Source: the human T2T-CHM13v2.0 reference genome, Homo sapiens
DNA length: 64,000 nucleotides
Reading direction: 5' to 3' (one strand)
Assembly: GCF_009914755.1 (NCBI RefSeq)
Contig: NC_060932.1
Made by a program: the position numbers and the translations under genes. Shown here piece after piece: positions 32,361-48,186 of the stretch. The first letter of the stretch is position 1; the number at the start of each line of letters is the position of its first letter. The notes beneath the pieces were generated by a model that was not told where the DNA came from, ran no database searches, and worked only from the letters and a program-made list of their open reading frames with translations.

Positions 32361-32436
32361 GGTGCACTCAAATCCAAGGGCCATATGTTAAGTTCTCCAA
32401 GTCATTTTTGAAATCTACTTACTTGACTTGAGGTGA

Positions 32437-33009
<573 letters not shown>

Positions 33010-33240
33010 TGAGAGATAGATAGTAAATAACACAAACAAATATATAATTGCAAACAATGTTGAGTGCTATAAAGGAAAGATTCACTAGATGTGGTAGACT
33101 TTGGTGGCCTCAGTGAATCATGCCTTCTGGTATTTTGCCCCTGAGTAATCCCCTTCCATGTTGACACTGGGTTTGGCCAACGATTAACTTGCACCACTGG
33201 GACATTACAAATATAGTGTAAGCAAAGTCTGATGAACTTG

Positions 33241-33851
33241 TGTTGGTAGAAGAGCTGAGGCAGGACTGGCTTGTCTGTCATAATATAAAAGAGTCTTGGA
33301 AGATGTCCGGGGTCCAGGGTCTAAAACCCCTCGTGGCCTTTGGAACACCAAGCTCTGTGCCAAAGTGTGGAAAGCTGCCCTGCCACACCACAAATCTAAG
33401 CCCAGGGCATAAAACTCCTCGTGGCTTGGATGGAATCCAGGGCTCAGGGCATAAAACCCCCCATGGCCTCTGGAATGTGCACAGACTTGGTCGCTCTCCC
33501 AGGCTCATAAACATGTTCTCCATTATCTCAAGCAGCAGAGCATATTCTATATGCGTCAAAGAAAATGCTAAACCGTCAGAGCTACGCTTGATGCACCACT
33601 ACCTTTCTACCCCCACATCCTCATGCCCTCACCTGTTTATCCCCACATCCACATGTCCTCACCACCTGCTTCTTTGTCTGATCACCAATAAATAGTGTGG
33701 GATCCCAGAGCTCGGGGCCTTCACAGCCTCCATACCAGTGTTGGCCCTGTGGACCCACCTTATGTACTCTTAACTTGTCTTTTCTCATTCCTTTGACTCC
33801 TCCGGACTTCGTAGCCCCCACGGCCTGGTGTTGGGTCTGATCACCCCAACA
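33241..33851 (+). mobile_element. 5' LTR (LTR14B-like, 611 bp)
   Basis: TGTTGG...CCAACA inverted termini, AATAAA at 33687-33692, followed by the PBS. Confidence 0.9.
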
Positions 33852-33855
33852 TTTC

Positions 33856-33873
33856 TGGCGCCCAACATGGGGC
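33856..33873 (+). other. Primer binding site for tRNA-Lys(CUU)
   Basis: TGGCGCCCAACATGGGGC, a 17/18 match to TGGCGCCCAACGTGGGGC. Confidence 0.92.
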
Positions 33874-33998
33874 TATGAAGACCCCGGTGAAGGAATGCTA
33901 GAGCATGTGGAAGCAGAAGATGCATTGTCAGAGGACACCGAGGATGACTGAAAGAAGCTCGGCGGGTAAGCTGGGCACTCAGAAGAACCAGGGTAACA

Positions 33999-35047
33999 AT
34001 GGGACAGAATGAAATTAAACATTCTGCTTATTTAAATTGCTTAAGGCATTTATTACAGAGAGGGGGAGTGAAAGTTAGTACTCAGAATTTATTAACACTC
34101 TTTAATACAGTAGAGCAGTTTTGCCCATGGTTCCCAGAACAAGGGACAATGGAGTTGGATGAATGGGAAAGAATTGGCAGAGATTTTAAAAAGGTGCATA
34201 AAGAAGGAGCCAAAATTCCATTTTCTGTTTGGTCAGCGTGGGTGTTGATAAAGGCAGCTCTTGAGCCATTTGAAACAGATGATGAGGCAGATTCATATGA
34301 GGAAGAGGCAGGTGACTATAAAAAAACTAACTTCAGATTCTGAATGTGAGGGACAGGACCCGGAGGAAATTAAAGAAAAGAAAGGGAAGCTGAAAAAGGT
34401 GTATTTTACTAGCCAGTCGGTTCCACCTGCTGAATTAAGTGAATGGCCACCTCCTCCCTCTCCTCCTAATGGGTGAGAAAACGAATTAGCTGAAAAACTT
34501 ACTGCTCTTGTAGTTGCAACATTAAAACCTGGAGCGACTGGTGGTGCTATACAAAATTCTATTCAAAACGCTAGAGCCGAGAGAGACCTTGAAGCATGGC
34601 AATTTCCAATTACTATAACCCAACGACAGAATATAGCTAATTGGGCCACTTTTCTTTTTAAGTAGTTAAAGGAATTTAAGCAAGCCGTTAGTCAATATGT
34701 GCCAAATTCTCCTTTTGTACAAACTTTACCAAAAAATGTGGCTCTTGATAATAGATTAATACCATATGACTGGGATACTTTAACAAAATCTGTTCTCACT
34801 CCATCTCAGTACTTACAGTTTAAAACCTGGTGGGCTGATGAAGCTCAAACTCAGGTAAGAGAAAACACACAAGCACAGCCACCTGTGCCTGTTTCTTTTG
34901 AACAGCTAATGGGAGTTGGCCCTAATTGGGGTTGATTAGAAAATTAAGCAGTAATGAAGAATGTTGCCATTGTTCAGCTGTGCACTGTGTGCTTACAGGC
35001 ATGGAAAAGAATAAATGTTACAGGGGAAAAATATCCTTCTTTCAGTT
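33999..35047 (+). pseudogene. HERV-K gag remnant (MA open, partial CA; frameshifts, stops, 3' deletion)
   Basis: MGQNEIKHSAYL...GGVKVST...EQFCPWFPEQGT...IKAALEPF is HERV-K matrix. RLIPYDW...SQYLQFKTWWADE is capsid. Confidence 0.9.
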
Positions 35048-37118
<2,071 letters not shown>

Positions 37119-37120
<2 letters not shown>

Positions 37121-39062
37121 GAGCTACAGCAGGAAGAGAAGACTCTGGGAAGAGCCAAAACTCCTGATACGAGTGATTCCGCAAACAAACATCTCAGAGA
37201 CAAAGGAGAAAACCGAGAATAGTCGTCAGGCAAATTCTCCAACATGGGGACAAATCAAGAAGCTGGTGCAGATGGCAAAGGACAACTTGAAAGCACAGAA
37301 CAAACTAAAAACAACTAGTAACCTGATGGTGGCCATGCTGGCAGTACTCACCATGGCGGCAAGCCTCCTTACTATAGGAGCAACTCAGAATTTCACTTAT
37401 TGGGCATATGTCTCATTTCCTCCTTTAATTAGGTCTGTGAGTTGGATGGACCCTGTTATTAAGGTGTACACCAACGTCAGTACCTGGATGCCAGCACCCA
37501 TAGATAACTGAGGGCCAATGCATCCTAATTAGGAAGGGATAAAAATAAATATATCCATAAAATATAAATATCCCCCAATATGCCTGGGACCTGCTGTTGG
37601 ATGTTTACAGATTGACTCACAGGCCTGGTTGGCAGTAGTCCCCAAAAAATTAAATCATGGGCTGCTTTGCATATGATTTCGGGGCATAGTTTAAAATATA
37701 ATCATTCCCATCCTAAAACCCTGCAGTTCCATCTGAATAAGTTCAAATATAAACAAAATAGAGTTTAAAGGTGTGGATTCTTGAACTTGGGAAGATTGTA
37801 TGGCAAGTAAGGCTGAGGTGCTACAAAATAATTCCTATGGAGTCATCATTAATTAGCCTCCTAATGGGATCTTTTAAAAAAAATTGCACCAGAAGGCCTT
37901 CTTGTAGAACAAATATAATAAACCGATGTAACCACTGGCAATTAAATCATACACAATATATTCGGACAAAAGCTGAGGTACCTATCATATGGAGTCCTAC
38001 TGGCATTGTCACCCCTAGTCCAAAAATAATATCTCCTGCCATAGAACAGGAATGTTCTGAATTAAGGAAATTAGCTATGGCTCAAAGTTCAATCAAAATT
38101 TGATAGGGTAAATATAACAACTATAAAGAGGAAGGAGGTAAAAATAAATATGCTCTTTCTTTTCTTTTCAACAGGACTTTTTGGATTCAAAGTTGTGTCC
38201 AGCCACCTTTTGTGCTAGCAATAGGAAATATTACTCTTGATATAAATACACACTTTATTTCATGCCTCAAATGTCATTTTTTACCTGCATTAATTCAACT
38301 TTTAATAAAAATCAGACTATCCTAATAATTAAAGCCAGGGAAGGAGTCTGAATCCCTATGTCTTTAAATAGACTGTAGGAGGCATCTCCATCCATTCATA
38401 TAGTAACAAATTCTCAAAAAACTTTTATCCTGTTCAAAAAGATTTATAGTTGCTCTCATAGTTGCTACAATTGGCCTCATTGCTGTTACTACTACTACTG
38501 CAGTAGCTGGTGTGGCTCTACAGTCATCTGTACAAACTGTTAAATTTGTCAATAAGTGACAAAAGAATTCCACAAAATCATGGAACTCTCAAACTCAAGT
38601 AAACCAAAAAATAGTTAACCAAATAATGATCTCCGTCAGACAGTGATTTGAATGAGAGATCATATCGTAAGTTTAAAAAGTAAAATTCAAATGTAATGTG
38701 ATTGAAATACCTCTGAGTTTTACATTACTCCTCATCTGTATAATAAAAGAGAGGATGAGTGTGAAAAAGTTAAGAGACATTTAAAAGGTCATACTGGAAA
38801 TTTATCTTTGGATATTGCAAAACTGAAGGAACAAGTATTTCAAGCCTCTCAGGCACATCTGACACTAATGCCAGGAACTGAAGTATTTGAAGGAGCTGCA
38901 GACAGATTAGCAGCTATTAACCCGCTAAAATGGATCAAGACACTTGGAGGCTCTGTGATTTCAATAATGATTGTGCTTTTAATCTGTGTTGTCTTTATAT
39001 ACTCTGCAGATGCGGAAGCCGCCTCTGGAGAGAAAGCCACCTCCAAGAATAAGCAAAGATAG
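37119..39062 (+). pseudogene. HERV-K env remnant (signal peptide, SU, TM; many stops and frameshifts)
   Basis: PTWGQIKKL...NFTYWAYVSFPPLIR; degraded cleavage site [10 protein letters not shown] at 38431; fusion peptide TAVAGVAL; DIAKLKEQVFQASQAHLTLMPG...NPLKWIKTLG. Confidence 0.9.
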
Positions 39063-39096
39063 CTGTGGTGGTTTTGCAAAAAAGAAAAGGAAGACA

Positions 39097-39694
39097 TGTT
39101 GTTAGAAGAGCTGAGGCAGGACTGGCTTGTCTGTCATAATATAAAAGAGTCTTGGAAGATGTCCGGGGTCCAGGGTCTAAAACCCCTCGTGGCCTTTGGA
39201 ACACCAAGCTCTGTGCTAAAGGGTGAAAGGCTGCCCTGTTGCACTACAAATCTAAGCCCAGGGCATAAAACCCCTCGTGGCTTGGATGGAATCCAGGGCT
39301 CAGGGCATAAAACCCCCCATGGCCTCTGGAATGTGCACAGACTTGTTGGTTGCTCTCCCAGGCTCGTAAACATGTTCTCTATTATCTCAAGGCAGCAGAG
39401 CATATTCTGTGTCATCAAAGAAAATGCTAAACTGTCACAGCTATGCTTGATGCACTGCTACCTTTCTATCCCAAAGCCTTCACGCCCTCACCTGTTTACC
39501 CCCACATCCACACATCCTCACCACCTGCTTCTTTGTTTGATCATCAATAAATAGTTTGGGCTCCCAGAGCTCAGGGCCTTTGCAGCCTCCATACCACCGT
39601 TGGCCCCCTGGACCCACCTTATGTACTCTTAATCTGTCTTTTCTCATTCCTTTGACTCCGCTGGACTTTGTAGCCCTGACGTCCTGGTATTGGG
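39097..39694 (+). mobile_element. 3' LTR, lacking the terminal 16 nt; preceded by a polypurine tract (39078-39096)
   Basis: Aligns to the 5' LTR up to ...TTGGG; AATAAA at 39546-39551. Confidence 0.9.
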
Positions 39695-40014
39695 CCATTT
39701 ACATTAACTTTCACCATACAATTAACTTTCACCATTGGGACATTACAAACATAGTGTAAGCAGAAGTTTGATGAACTTGCACATAGGATTAGGCCTCTTT
39801 GAGTGCACTTTCTTAAAATCCAGTTGCCAGTCTGTGAGGAAGCCAAGCAGCCACATAAAGATGTCCATGTAAGAGTTAACCAAGGAGCCTGGCCAAAAAC
39901 CCCCCACTGAGCTCCCAGTAGGTGGCCAGCACGATATACCAGCCTTGTGACCTTGCAACTATCTCAGCACTCCAGCTGACACAACACCCCATGAAGCAGA
40001 ATCACCTAATCAAC

Positions 40015-40395
40015 TGATATGGTTTGATGCTGTGTCCCCACCCAAATCTCTCAATCTGAGATCCCCAATGTTGGGGAAGAGACCTGGTGGGGTATGACTG
40101 GATCATGGGGGCGAATTTCCCCCTTGCTGTTCTCGTGAGAGTGAGTGAGTTCTCACAAGATCTGGTTGTTTAATGGTGTGGAGCACCTCCCCCTTCACTT
40201 TGTCTATCCTGCTTCACAATGTGAAGATTGTTCCTGCTTCCCCTTCACCTCTGTCATGATTGTAAGTTTCCTGAGGCCTCCCCAGCCATGCTTCCTGTAC
40301 AGCTTGTGGAACTACGAGCCAATTAAACCTCTTTTCTTTATGAATTACCCAGTATCAGGTAGTTTTTCATAGCAGTGTGAGAACAGACTAATATA
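40015..40395 (+). mobile_element. MSTA-like MaLR solo LTR
   Basis: TGATATGGTTTG start, typical MST body, 5-bp TSD TCAAC. Confidence 0.88.
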
Positions 40396-40597
40396 TCAAC
40401 CAAAAGAATTATGAGAAATGATATCCTGTTAGTATTTAAACCACAGGATTTTGGAGTGATTTGTAAAGTAGCAATAAACAACAGAAACGCAAGACTATAA
40501 GAACAAAAACAAAAGACCTATCTAATGTGGAAAATCAAGGAGGCTTTTCCAGAGGAATCAATAATTTACATAGAATATGGAAGAAAAAAAAGTATGA

Positions 40598-40995
<398 letters not shown>

Positions 40996-41179
40996 TAAAA
41001 AACAGAATGGAGATCATTTTCTTATGCATTTTTGCCTAATTATAAAACAGGCCAGACATGGTAGCTTATACCTGTAAGCACTTTAGGAAGGAGGCCAAGG
41101 CGGGAGGATCATCTGAGCCCAGGAGTTTGAGACCAGCCTGGGCAACATAATGAGTCTCCGTCTATATAAGGAAAACAAA

Positions 41180-41283
41180 TATATATATATATAAACAAAC
41201 ATATATATATATATATGGGGAGGCTATATATATGTGTGTGTGTGTATATATATGTGTGTGTGTGTATATATATATAGAGAGAG
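41180..41283. repeat. Compound (TA)n/(TG)n microsatellite after an Alu monomer (41050-41170)
   Basis: Read directly from the sequence. Confidence 0.9.
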
Positions 41284-41941
41284 AAGCAAACATGTGCATA
41301 CATTGACTTTATACAATAGTATACTTAAGAAGGAAACAAAAACCCAGACCTAAAACTGATATGTCTAGTCTTGCTTATTAATACAGACTAGCTATTATGA
41401 GCCATCTGTGACATATACACATTGTGCTGGGACCATCTGCAATGTTCCTAATCTAATGGTTTAAATGATGGCTCACACCCTCATTAGACGATATCAGCAC
41501 CTCAAAACACATTTGTTGGAAATAGCAAGGTACTGATCCCTTCAGATGCTATCAAGTGGCTACACTGTAAACTAATGCACATCCTAGCAAGAACAAAGGG
41601 AACACAGACATTGAGTCCCTTCTGTGGACCAGGACATTTGACAGACTCATACATTCTTTCATTAATCTTAGCAATCTCAAGAGCAGGTATTATTTTTCAT
41701 TTTTTACTTATTAAAGAAAGTAAGGTTTTTAAAGTTTCATTAGCTTGATCACATGGCTCGAAAGTAGTAGAGCAAAGTTTTAAATCCCAGGCTGTCTGCC
41801 TCCAAAATCTGCATCTATAATAGCTGTTGTTGGTTGCCTTCTCTGCTCCCTTTTCCCCCTTTCTTCCAGATGTTTTTCAACACCCATATCCTCCCATGCA
41901 GCCAGTGAGCTTCAAGGGTCAGTCTCTTGCCTACAGCAGTC

Positions 41942-42223
41942 TTTTTTTTTTTTTTTTTGAGACAGTCTCTCTCTGTTGCCCAGGCTGGAGTGCAGTGGCA
42001 CGATCTCAGCCTCCCAGGCTCAAGCAATTCTCGTGCTTCAGCCTCCCAAATAGCTGAGACTAGAGGCGTGTGCCACCATGCCCGGCTAACTTTTGAATTT
42101 TTTTGTAGAGACGAGGTTTCACCATGTTGCCCAGGCTGGTCTCAAACTCCTGAGCTTGAGCAATCTGCCCGCCTTGGCCTCCCAAAGTGCCAGGATTACA
42201 GGCATGAGCCACGATGCCTGGCC
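41942..42223 (-). mobile_element. Alu (J/S)
   Basis: Dimer with a small deletion. Confidence 0.88.
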
Positions 42224-44462
42224 CTCCAGTAGTACTTCTTAGCAGCAGGTGCAACTGGCACTTGGGGCTGACCAGTTATTTGCTCTGCAGGGCTCTCAGG
42301 TGCATCTTAGGATGTTTAGCATCCCTGACCTCCACTTGCCATCACTCTAACAACTCAAAATGCCCAGCATACACTTGCATGGAAGTGCTCAGCCTGAGAA
42401 TGGCCAGTTCACACAGAATACCGTGCCTCCTGCCAATGATGGGTTCAGGAACTTACCCAGCAATTGGTGAGCTGCCCCTTGAAGGGGATTTCCCTGCCAC
42501 ATGGAATGATCCATGTGCTTCCCACAACCTCGGCACTGCACAGTAATCCTATCACTTTGATATTCTTTTTCCCATTTTACAGATTAAGAAACTGAAATAC
42601 AGATGGAATCAATGGCATGGCCAGGTCATATGGTCAGTAACTAATGAAGCTGGAGGCTTAATATACTGCCAAATAAAATTATGGGAGTGACCTGAAGATC
42701 CAGATTGGATCCCAGGGCCAGAACTGGATGGTAATTTGATTGAATTTGTTAAAGTATCTAAAATGACTGTTATCACAAGTGGGGTTAGTCAGCCTTAAAC
42801 CCTCAAAAAAGGAAGGTCTCAGAGATAAAAAGCAGTATTCTCTATTAAAACATGATTCATGGTTTAGATCTCAAGAACTTCAACCACAAAAAAAAACTTG
42901 TTTTAAACATGATTCATGGGAGTTTTTCATTCATCAAAATATTTGATACTTGGGCAAAGCCATTAGGCCAGGATTATAAATGCTGCAGAGGCCAAAGAGA
43001 TAAATGGCGCTGTTCAGAGGGAGATAACAGGGTGTGGTTAGGGCTGATGAAGTAAGTGAGCGAATGAGCTGATTAAAGGTATTGGGATTAATGTTTTTCT
43101 CATCCCAAAAGTGAGATGGGTGACTCATGTTCTCTTAGCTTAAGGTCATTAAATATTCCATAGACATTATTCTTTGTCCAGGATAACAAAAAGCTAGTTG
43201 CACAAATTTAAAATATCCCTGTCTCTGGGACAATGATTTCTCATTGCAATTTGACCTTCTGCTTTTAAAAATCAGACTCATAAACTAGGTTAATGTAAGT
43301 CCATTCCTGAAAGATGAATTCACTCTTGATATACAGAGAAATCAGGTTTCTAAGCCTGATTTACTATACATACCAGCCTGTGAGCCCCCTTGGGAGACAC
43401 AATATAGCCTTGCTTTGTGAACATAAAGCATACATCATTTCCTTGTGGACGACAAATATGTTTTTCTTATTTGTTATATGCTGATGATTTTTAAATTTGT
43501 CTGTGGAGGTCACAACTCTCATTAGTCAAAAATTTAAAAAGCTGTACCAGGCTTGCTGTAAAAATTAGATGATTTAAGGTAGTTTGTTAAACATTTTTTA
43601 TTGCATTAAACTTTTAGGAAATTTTAAGAATAACTGTGAGAGATTCAATAGATACATAGGTAAAGGACACAAGCATGTTATCTACAATAGAGGAACTACA
43701 AATGTCTAGCACATAGTTGAAAAAAACATTTGGCCCCCACAATTATGCCAGCTATGTAGTATTTCTATCTCAAGCTCAGGCCACTCCCCCAAGCTCCAGA
43801 TTCAAATGTCCAATCGCTCATGTGAGATCACTTAGAAGTCTACTGGCATCTCAATTCAACATGTCCAAAACAGAATCTTTGATTCACTCTCCTTTTTCCC
43901 ACATACCTGGTCTCCTACCTCAATTAATTGCATTACTTTGTTCATCAGGCAAAATAAACAGGAATCATGCTTACTTTTTTCTCCTTCCCAGTTCTTCCAT
44001 ACAAAGTCTGTCATTGAGCTGGACCTGGTGAGGTCCTGGACTCTTGGGTGCTGCCTGGACCCACCCAAATGCCAGAATGGGAGTGACTTGATTAAGTTCC
44101 TCAGGGAGCTAGGTTAAGCAGATAACCTTTCTCTTGTTTCACACACACACAAAAATCTTGCCCTCCTAGAAATTCACCTCTCAAAACAATACCAGCCAAG
44201 TAGAAGAGGAAAAGAAGAGCAAGTGTCTAGAGGCCCTGATTTGCCTGGACACCCATCTGGGTGATTTGGGGTGGCCAACTTGAAAGAGCTTTTTTTTCCC
44301 CCAAGCCATTCTCTCCTGTTCTCAGCCAGCTTCCTGCAACCATGAGGTCAGAAACAAAAACAAGTATGTTTGTGCTTTTACATTTGTGATGGGCAAGGTA
44401 CTCTAAAACGCAGGGTTCAGGGCAGGGGCCCCTTTCTTCTGAGTTCAAGAAAGCCACTGAGT

Positions 44463-44765
44463 CTTTTTTTTTTAGACAAGGTCTTGCTCTGTCACCCAGG
44501 CTAAAGTGAAGTGGCAGGAACATGGCTCACTGCAGCCAGTCTCATTCTCCTGGGCTCAAGCAATCCTCTCACCACAGCTCCCCAAGTTGCTGGGACTACA
44601 AGCACATGCCATAGTGGCCTGCTAACTTTTTTATTATTATTATTGTAGAGACAAGGTCTCACTTTGTTGCCCATGCTGATTTCAAATTCCTGGGCTCAAG
44701 CAATCCTCCCATCTCAGCTTCCCTAAGTGCTGGGATTACAGGCAAGATACACCACTGTACCTAGC
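44463..44765 (-). mobile_element. AluJ
   Basis: Full dimer. Confidence 0.88.
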
Positions 44766-45083
44766 TTTTATTCATTTTATTATTCATCTTTATTGCTTTC
44801 ATTGCACATGCTGTTAACTTCTTATGAACTCTTTGTTCTAATAAATAAGCATATCCAGGTTTTTCATAAATAAATGAGGAGTCTATAAATTCTTACTAGT
44901 TTTAATAGAAACATTGCCACTAAAATGGTGTATTCTAGCTGTGTGAGCTTTTGGAAAATGTTTTCATTTCCTTTATGTTTGAATGTTCCTTCCAGGTCTT
45001 TGAAAATATACATTCTGAGTTGAAAAGCTTTATAATAGGTAAAACTCATTAACCCATATACTTTCCATGCTGGGCACAGCAGG

Positions 45084-45700
45084 TGTGGTAGGTAGAAATA
45101 TAAGATGACTCCCAAGATTTTTGCACCCTGGCATACACATATGCTTTTCCAGTTGTTGAAACACTAATTTAGGTGCTGCTGTGAAGGGATTTTGTAGATG
45201 TGAATAATGTTCCAAATCAGTTGGCCTTAAGATAGAAAGATGATCCTGGATGGGCCAGATCTTATCAGTTGAGTCCTTAAAGGGAACAGCACCCTTCCTG
45301 ACAAAGAGATTCAAAGCATGAAGGATTAAAAATGAGAGAGATTCTCTATTGCCAGCTCTGGAAATAGAGTAGGTCACGTGGTAAGTCGTTCAAGTGGCCT
45401 CTAGTTGCTGAGAGCAGCTCCCAGGTAAGAGCCAACAAGGAAATAATGACTACAAGGAGATGAATCTGGCCACACTATGTAAGCTTGGAAAGGAACTCTG
45501 AATGCCAGATGAGGATGCAACCAAGCCAACACCTTGAGTTTAGCCTTATGAGATCCTGAGTCGAGAATCCAGTGAGACGATGCCCAGATTTACCACAACC
45601 CTAGAGGCTAAAGACAATACCCCCTAATTATCTCACAATGCTGTATTGTCTTTAGTCTCTAAGGTTATTTAGTAATTTAGTAATAAAAAGCAAATCCAGT
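45084..45700 (+). mobile_element. MLT1D/E-type LTR
   Basis: tgtggtaggtagaa start; gtgaagggattttgtagatg and gccaacaccttga motifs. Confidence 0.7.
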
Positions 45701-45749
45701 AGGACCATGCTAAATTAAGATACAACCTCTATATCATATGATGCAGTGT

Positions 45750-46145
45750 GAATCAGCACAGTAGAGATTGCAGTGTCTCTGGAAGCCATTTCTATACTGG
45801 ACAATTCTTTGCAATAATTCAACTACACGTGCAAGTGATCAAATTAATATATCTTACAAAACTAAGTGTATCTTCAACAATACTCTTCCTTAACCAGTAC
45901 CAAAAAAAAAGATCTGTGAATATTCTCTAACACCTCTCAACACAAGGGCAAGTGTCACAGATGGAAGTGAAGACTAAAGAGAGACAATAGAATTCACTGA
46001 TTAAGGTTTAAATATCTTACTTTAGCAACTTTTTATTTGCAAAAATAGAAAACTGATCATGTGAACACATTTGCATTAAAAGATGTTTCTGCAAATTAGG
46101 GGCCCTGAAATTAAGCTTCATTAGGTTCATGGTAAGTCTACCTCT
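45750..46145 (-). mobile_element. MER53-related longer hAT element (OldhAT1-like) 5' end
   Basis: Shares the terminal sequence of 25831-25880 in reverse orientation, then continues with internal sequence. Confidence 0.5.
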
Positions 46146-47394
46146 CTCTTTATCTATAGCACTTGGCAAAGGGCCTGGCATCTGAATGACAGGTCTCAAA
46201 TGTTCTTTTTCATATGATTACATTAAATAAATCATTAAATTGTTATTTACTTAAATAACTTTAAAATTTTCTTGAGTGAATTAACACTACTTGAAGGATC
46301 CCTGTAAACTGAGTCCACTTTCAATTTCCTATCTACTGGGTCACTTATAACAAACCATGTTACACGTATACTTCCTCATCTCTGCTTGTTTCCAAGAAAG
46401 GAAAGGTAAGTAATTTAGTTTTTGTATTTCAATTAGTAATTCAATAACCTGTCTGTTTTTTGTTTTTTTAAAGCAAAATAGCTTATCTCAGAGTTCAGAT
46501 CAGACAATCTCACCACTGGTGTTTGGATTCAGTGTCTTTTGAGGTAAAGTGAAAGAAGAACCTTTCAGAAATGCATGCAGTTAATTCAAGGAGAGGAAGA
46601 AGGATCTAGTTCTAAAGAGGTTTTTGTCTATAATTGATTTTTCTAAAGGAAAAATCAACAAAAAGTATAGTGTGTCAATGCTGAATACTCTGCTCTTTCA
46701 AACGGACACTTTCGTATTATAATTTGTATCAGATACAGTATCAAGAAAATTAAAATACCCATATACTAAGAGCAAAAAATGTTCTTCAGTAAGTCTGGTA
46801 ATGAAAACTTCAAGATAAGATTTCAAAATTACATAAGGCTGCAGTTCTTCTAATAAAGATTACTAAACTGTAGTATCAGAAAAGGTACTTTTGGGGAATC
46901 AAATGATAGTGAAGCTTCCCTCCTGGTTTGTACCTTAAACTTGCTTGGCTAATGGCAGTACTTTCACCACCCCCATTTAGTGTAACTTTTGTTAAACTTA
47001 ACTTAAAATGCAAAATGATGCATAATATACAATGTTATTCATAATGATAATAGCTGCTGTAGTATTTGGATATAAGAGTTTTCACAGGCAGGAAAACATT
47101 CAGTTTCTAAAAAATGATTCAAAGTTCATGAAAAAGTATAAATAAACGGTTTACTCTGTTGTTCACGTAAATCCCTAAGGACGTGGAATGGAAACAAACA
47201 GCAAGTATTCTTAAAAAAAAAAAAATCCTTTTTAGGATCTACTTTGTCATTGTATTCTAGCCTTAAAACAATTGCTTTGCATATAACTTTTTTTAAAACT
47301 GAAAAAATATGCTTGATCTTCCTTTTCTGACTACACAATTATTTTTTTCTTTTTTTAATCAAAAACTCACTGCTTGCTAATGACCATACAATTA

Positions 47395-47665
47395 TTGTTG
47401 TTGTTGTTGTTTAGAGACAGGGTCTCACTCTGTCACCCCAGCTACAATGCAGTGACACAATCATAGCTCACTGTAGCCTCAAACCCCTGGGCTCAAGTGA
47501 TCCTTCCAAGTAGCTAAGGCTGCATGCCACCATGCCTGGCTAATTTATTTTTATTTTTTTTATAGATGGGGTCTTGCTATGTTGCTCAGGCTGGTCTGGG
47601 ATTCCTGGCCTCCAGCAGTCCTCCTGTGTAGCTGGGATTACAGACTTGAGCCACAGCACTGGCCT
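47395..47665 (-). mobile_element. AluJ
   Basis: Degenerate dimer. Confidence 0.85.
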
Positions 47666-47708
47666 AAAATAATTATTTGTCAGTTCCTTATTTAAAATAT
47701 TCTTAGCA

Positions 47709-48063
<355 letters not shown>

Positions 48064-48186
48064 CTAATCCATTTATAACAAAATTGTATGCAGATAGATC
48101 ACATGAACATGATTTGACTCAAAATGGATCTGACTTCAGATGATATTTATTAGATGTCTGTTTTTATTTCTTTATCTATTCAGGTT

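Noticed and set aside
33240-33695. Paired ~150-aa ORFs at 33240 and 39096
   Set aside because: The same LTR sequence read twice; alternative start codons and no recognisable protein family.
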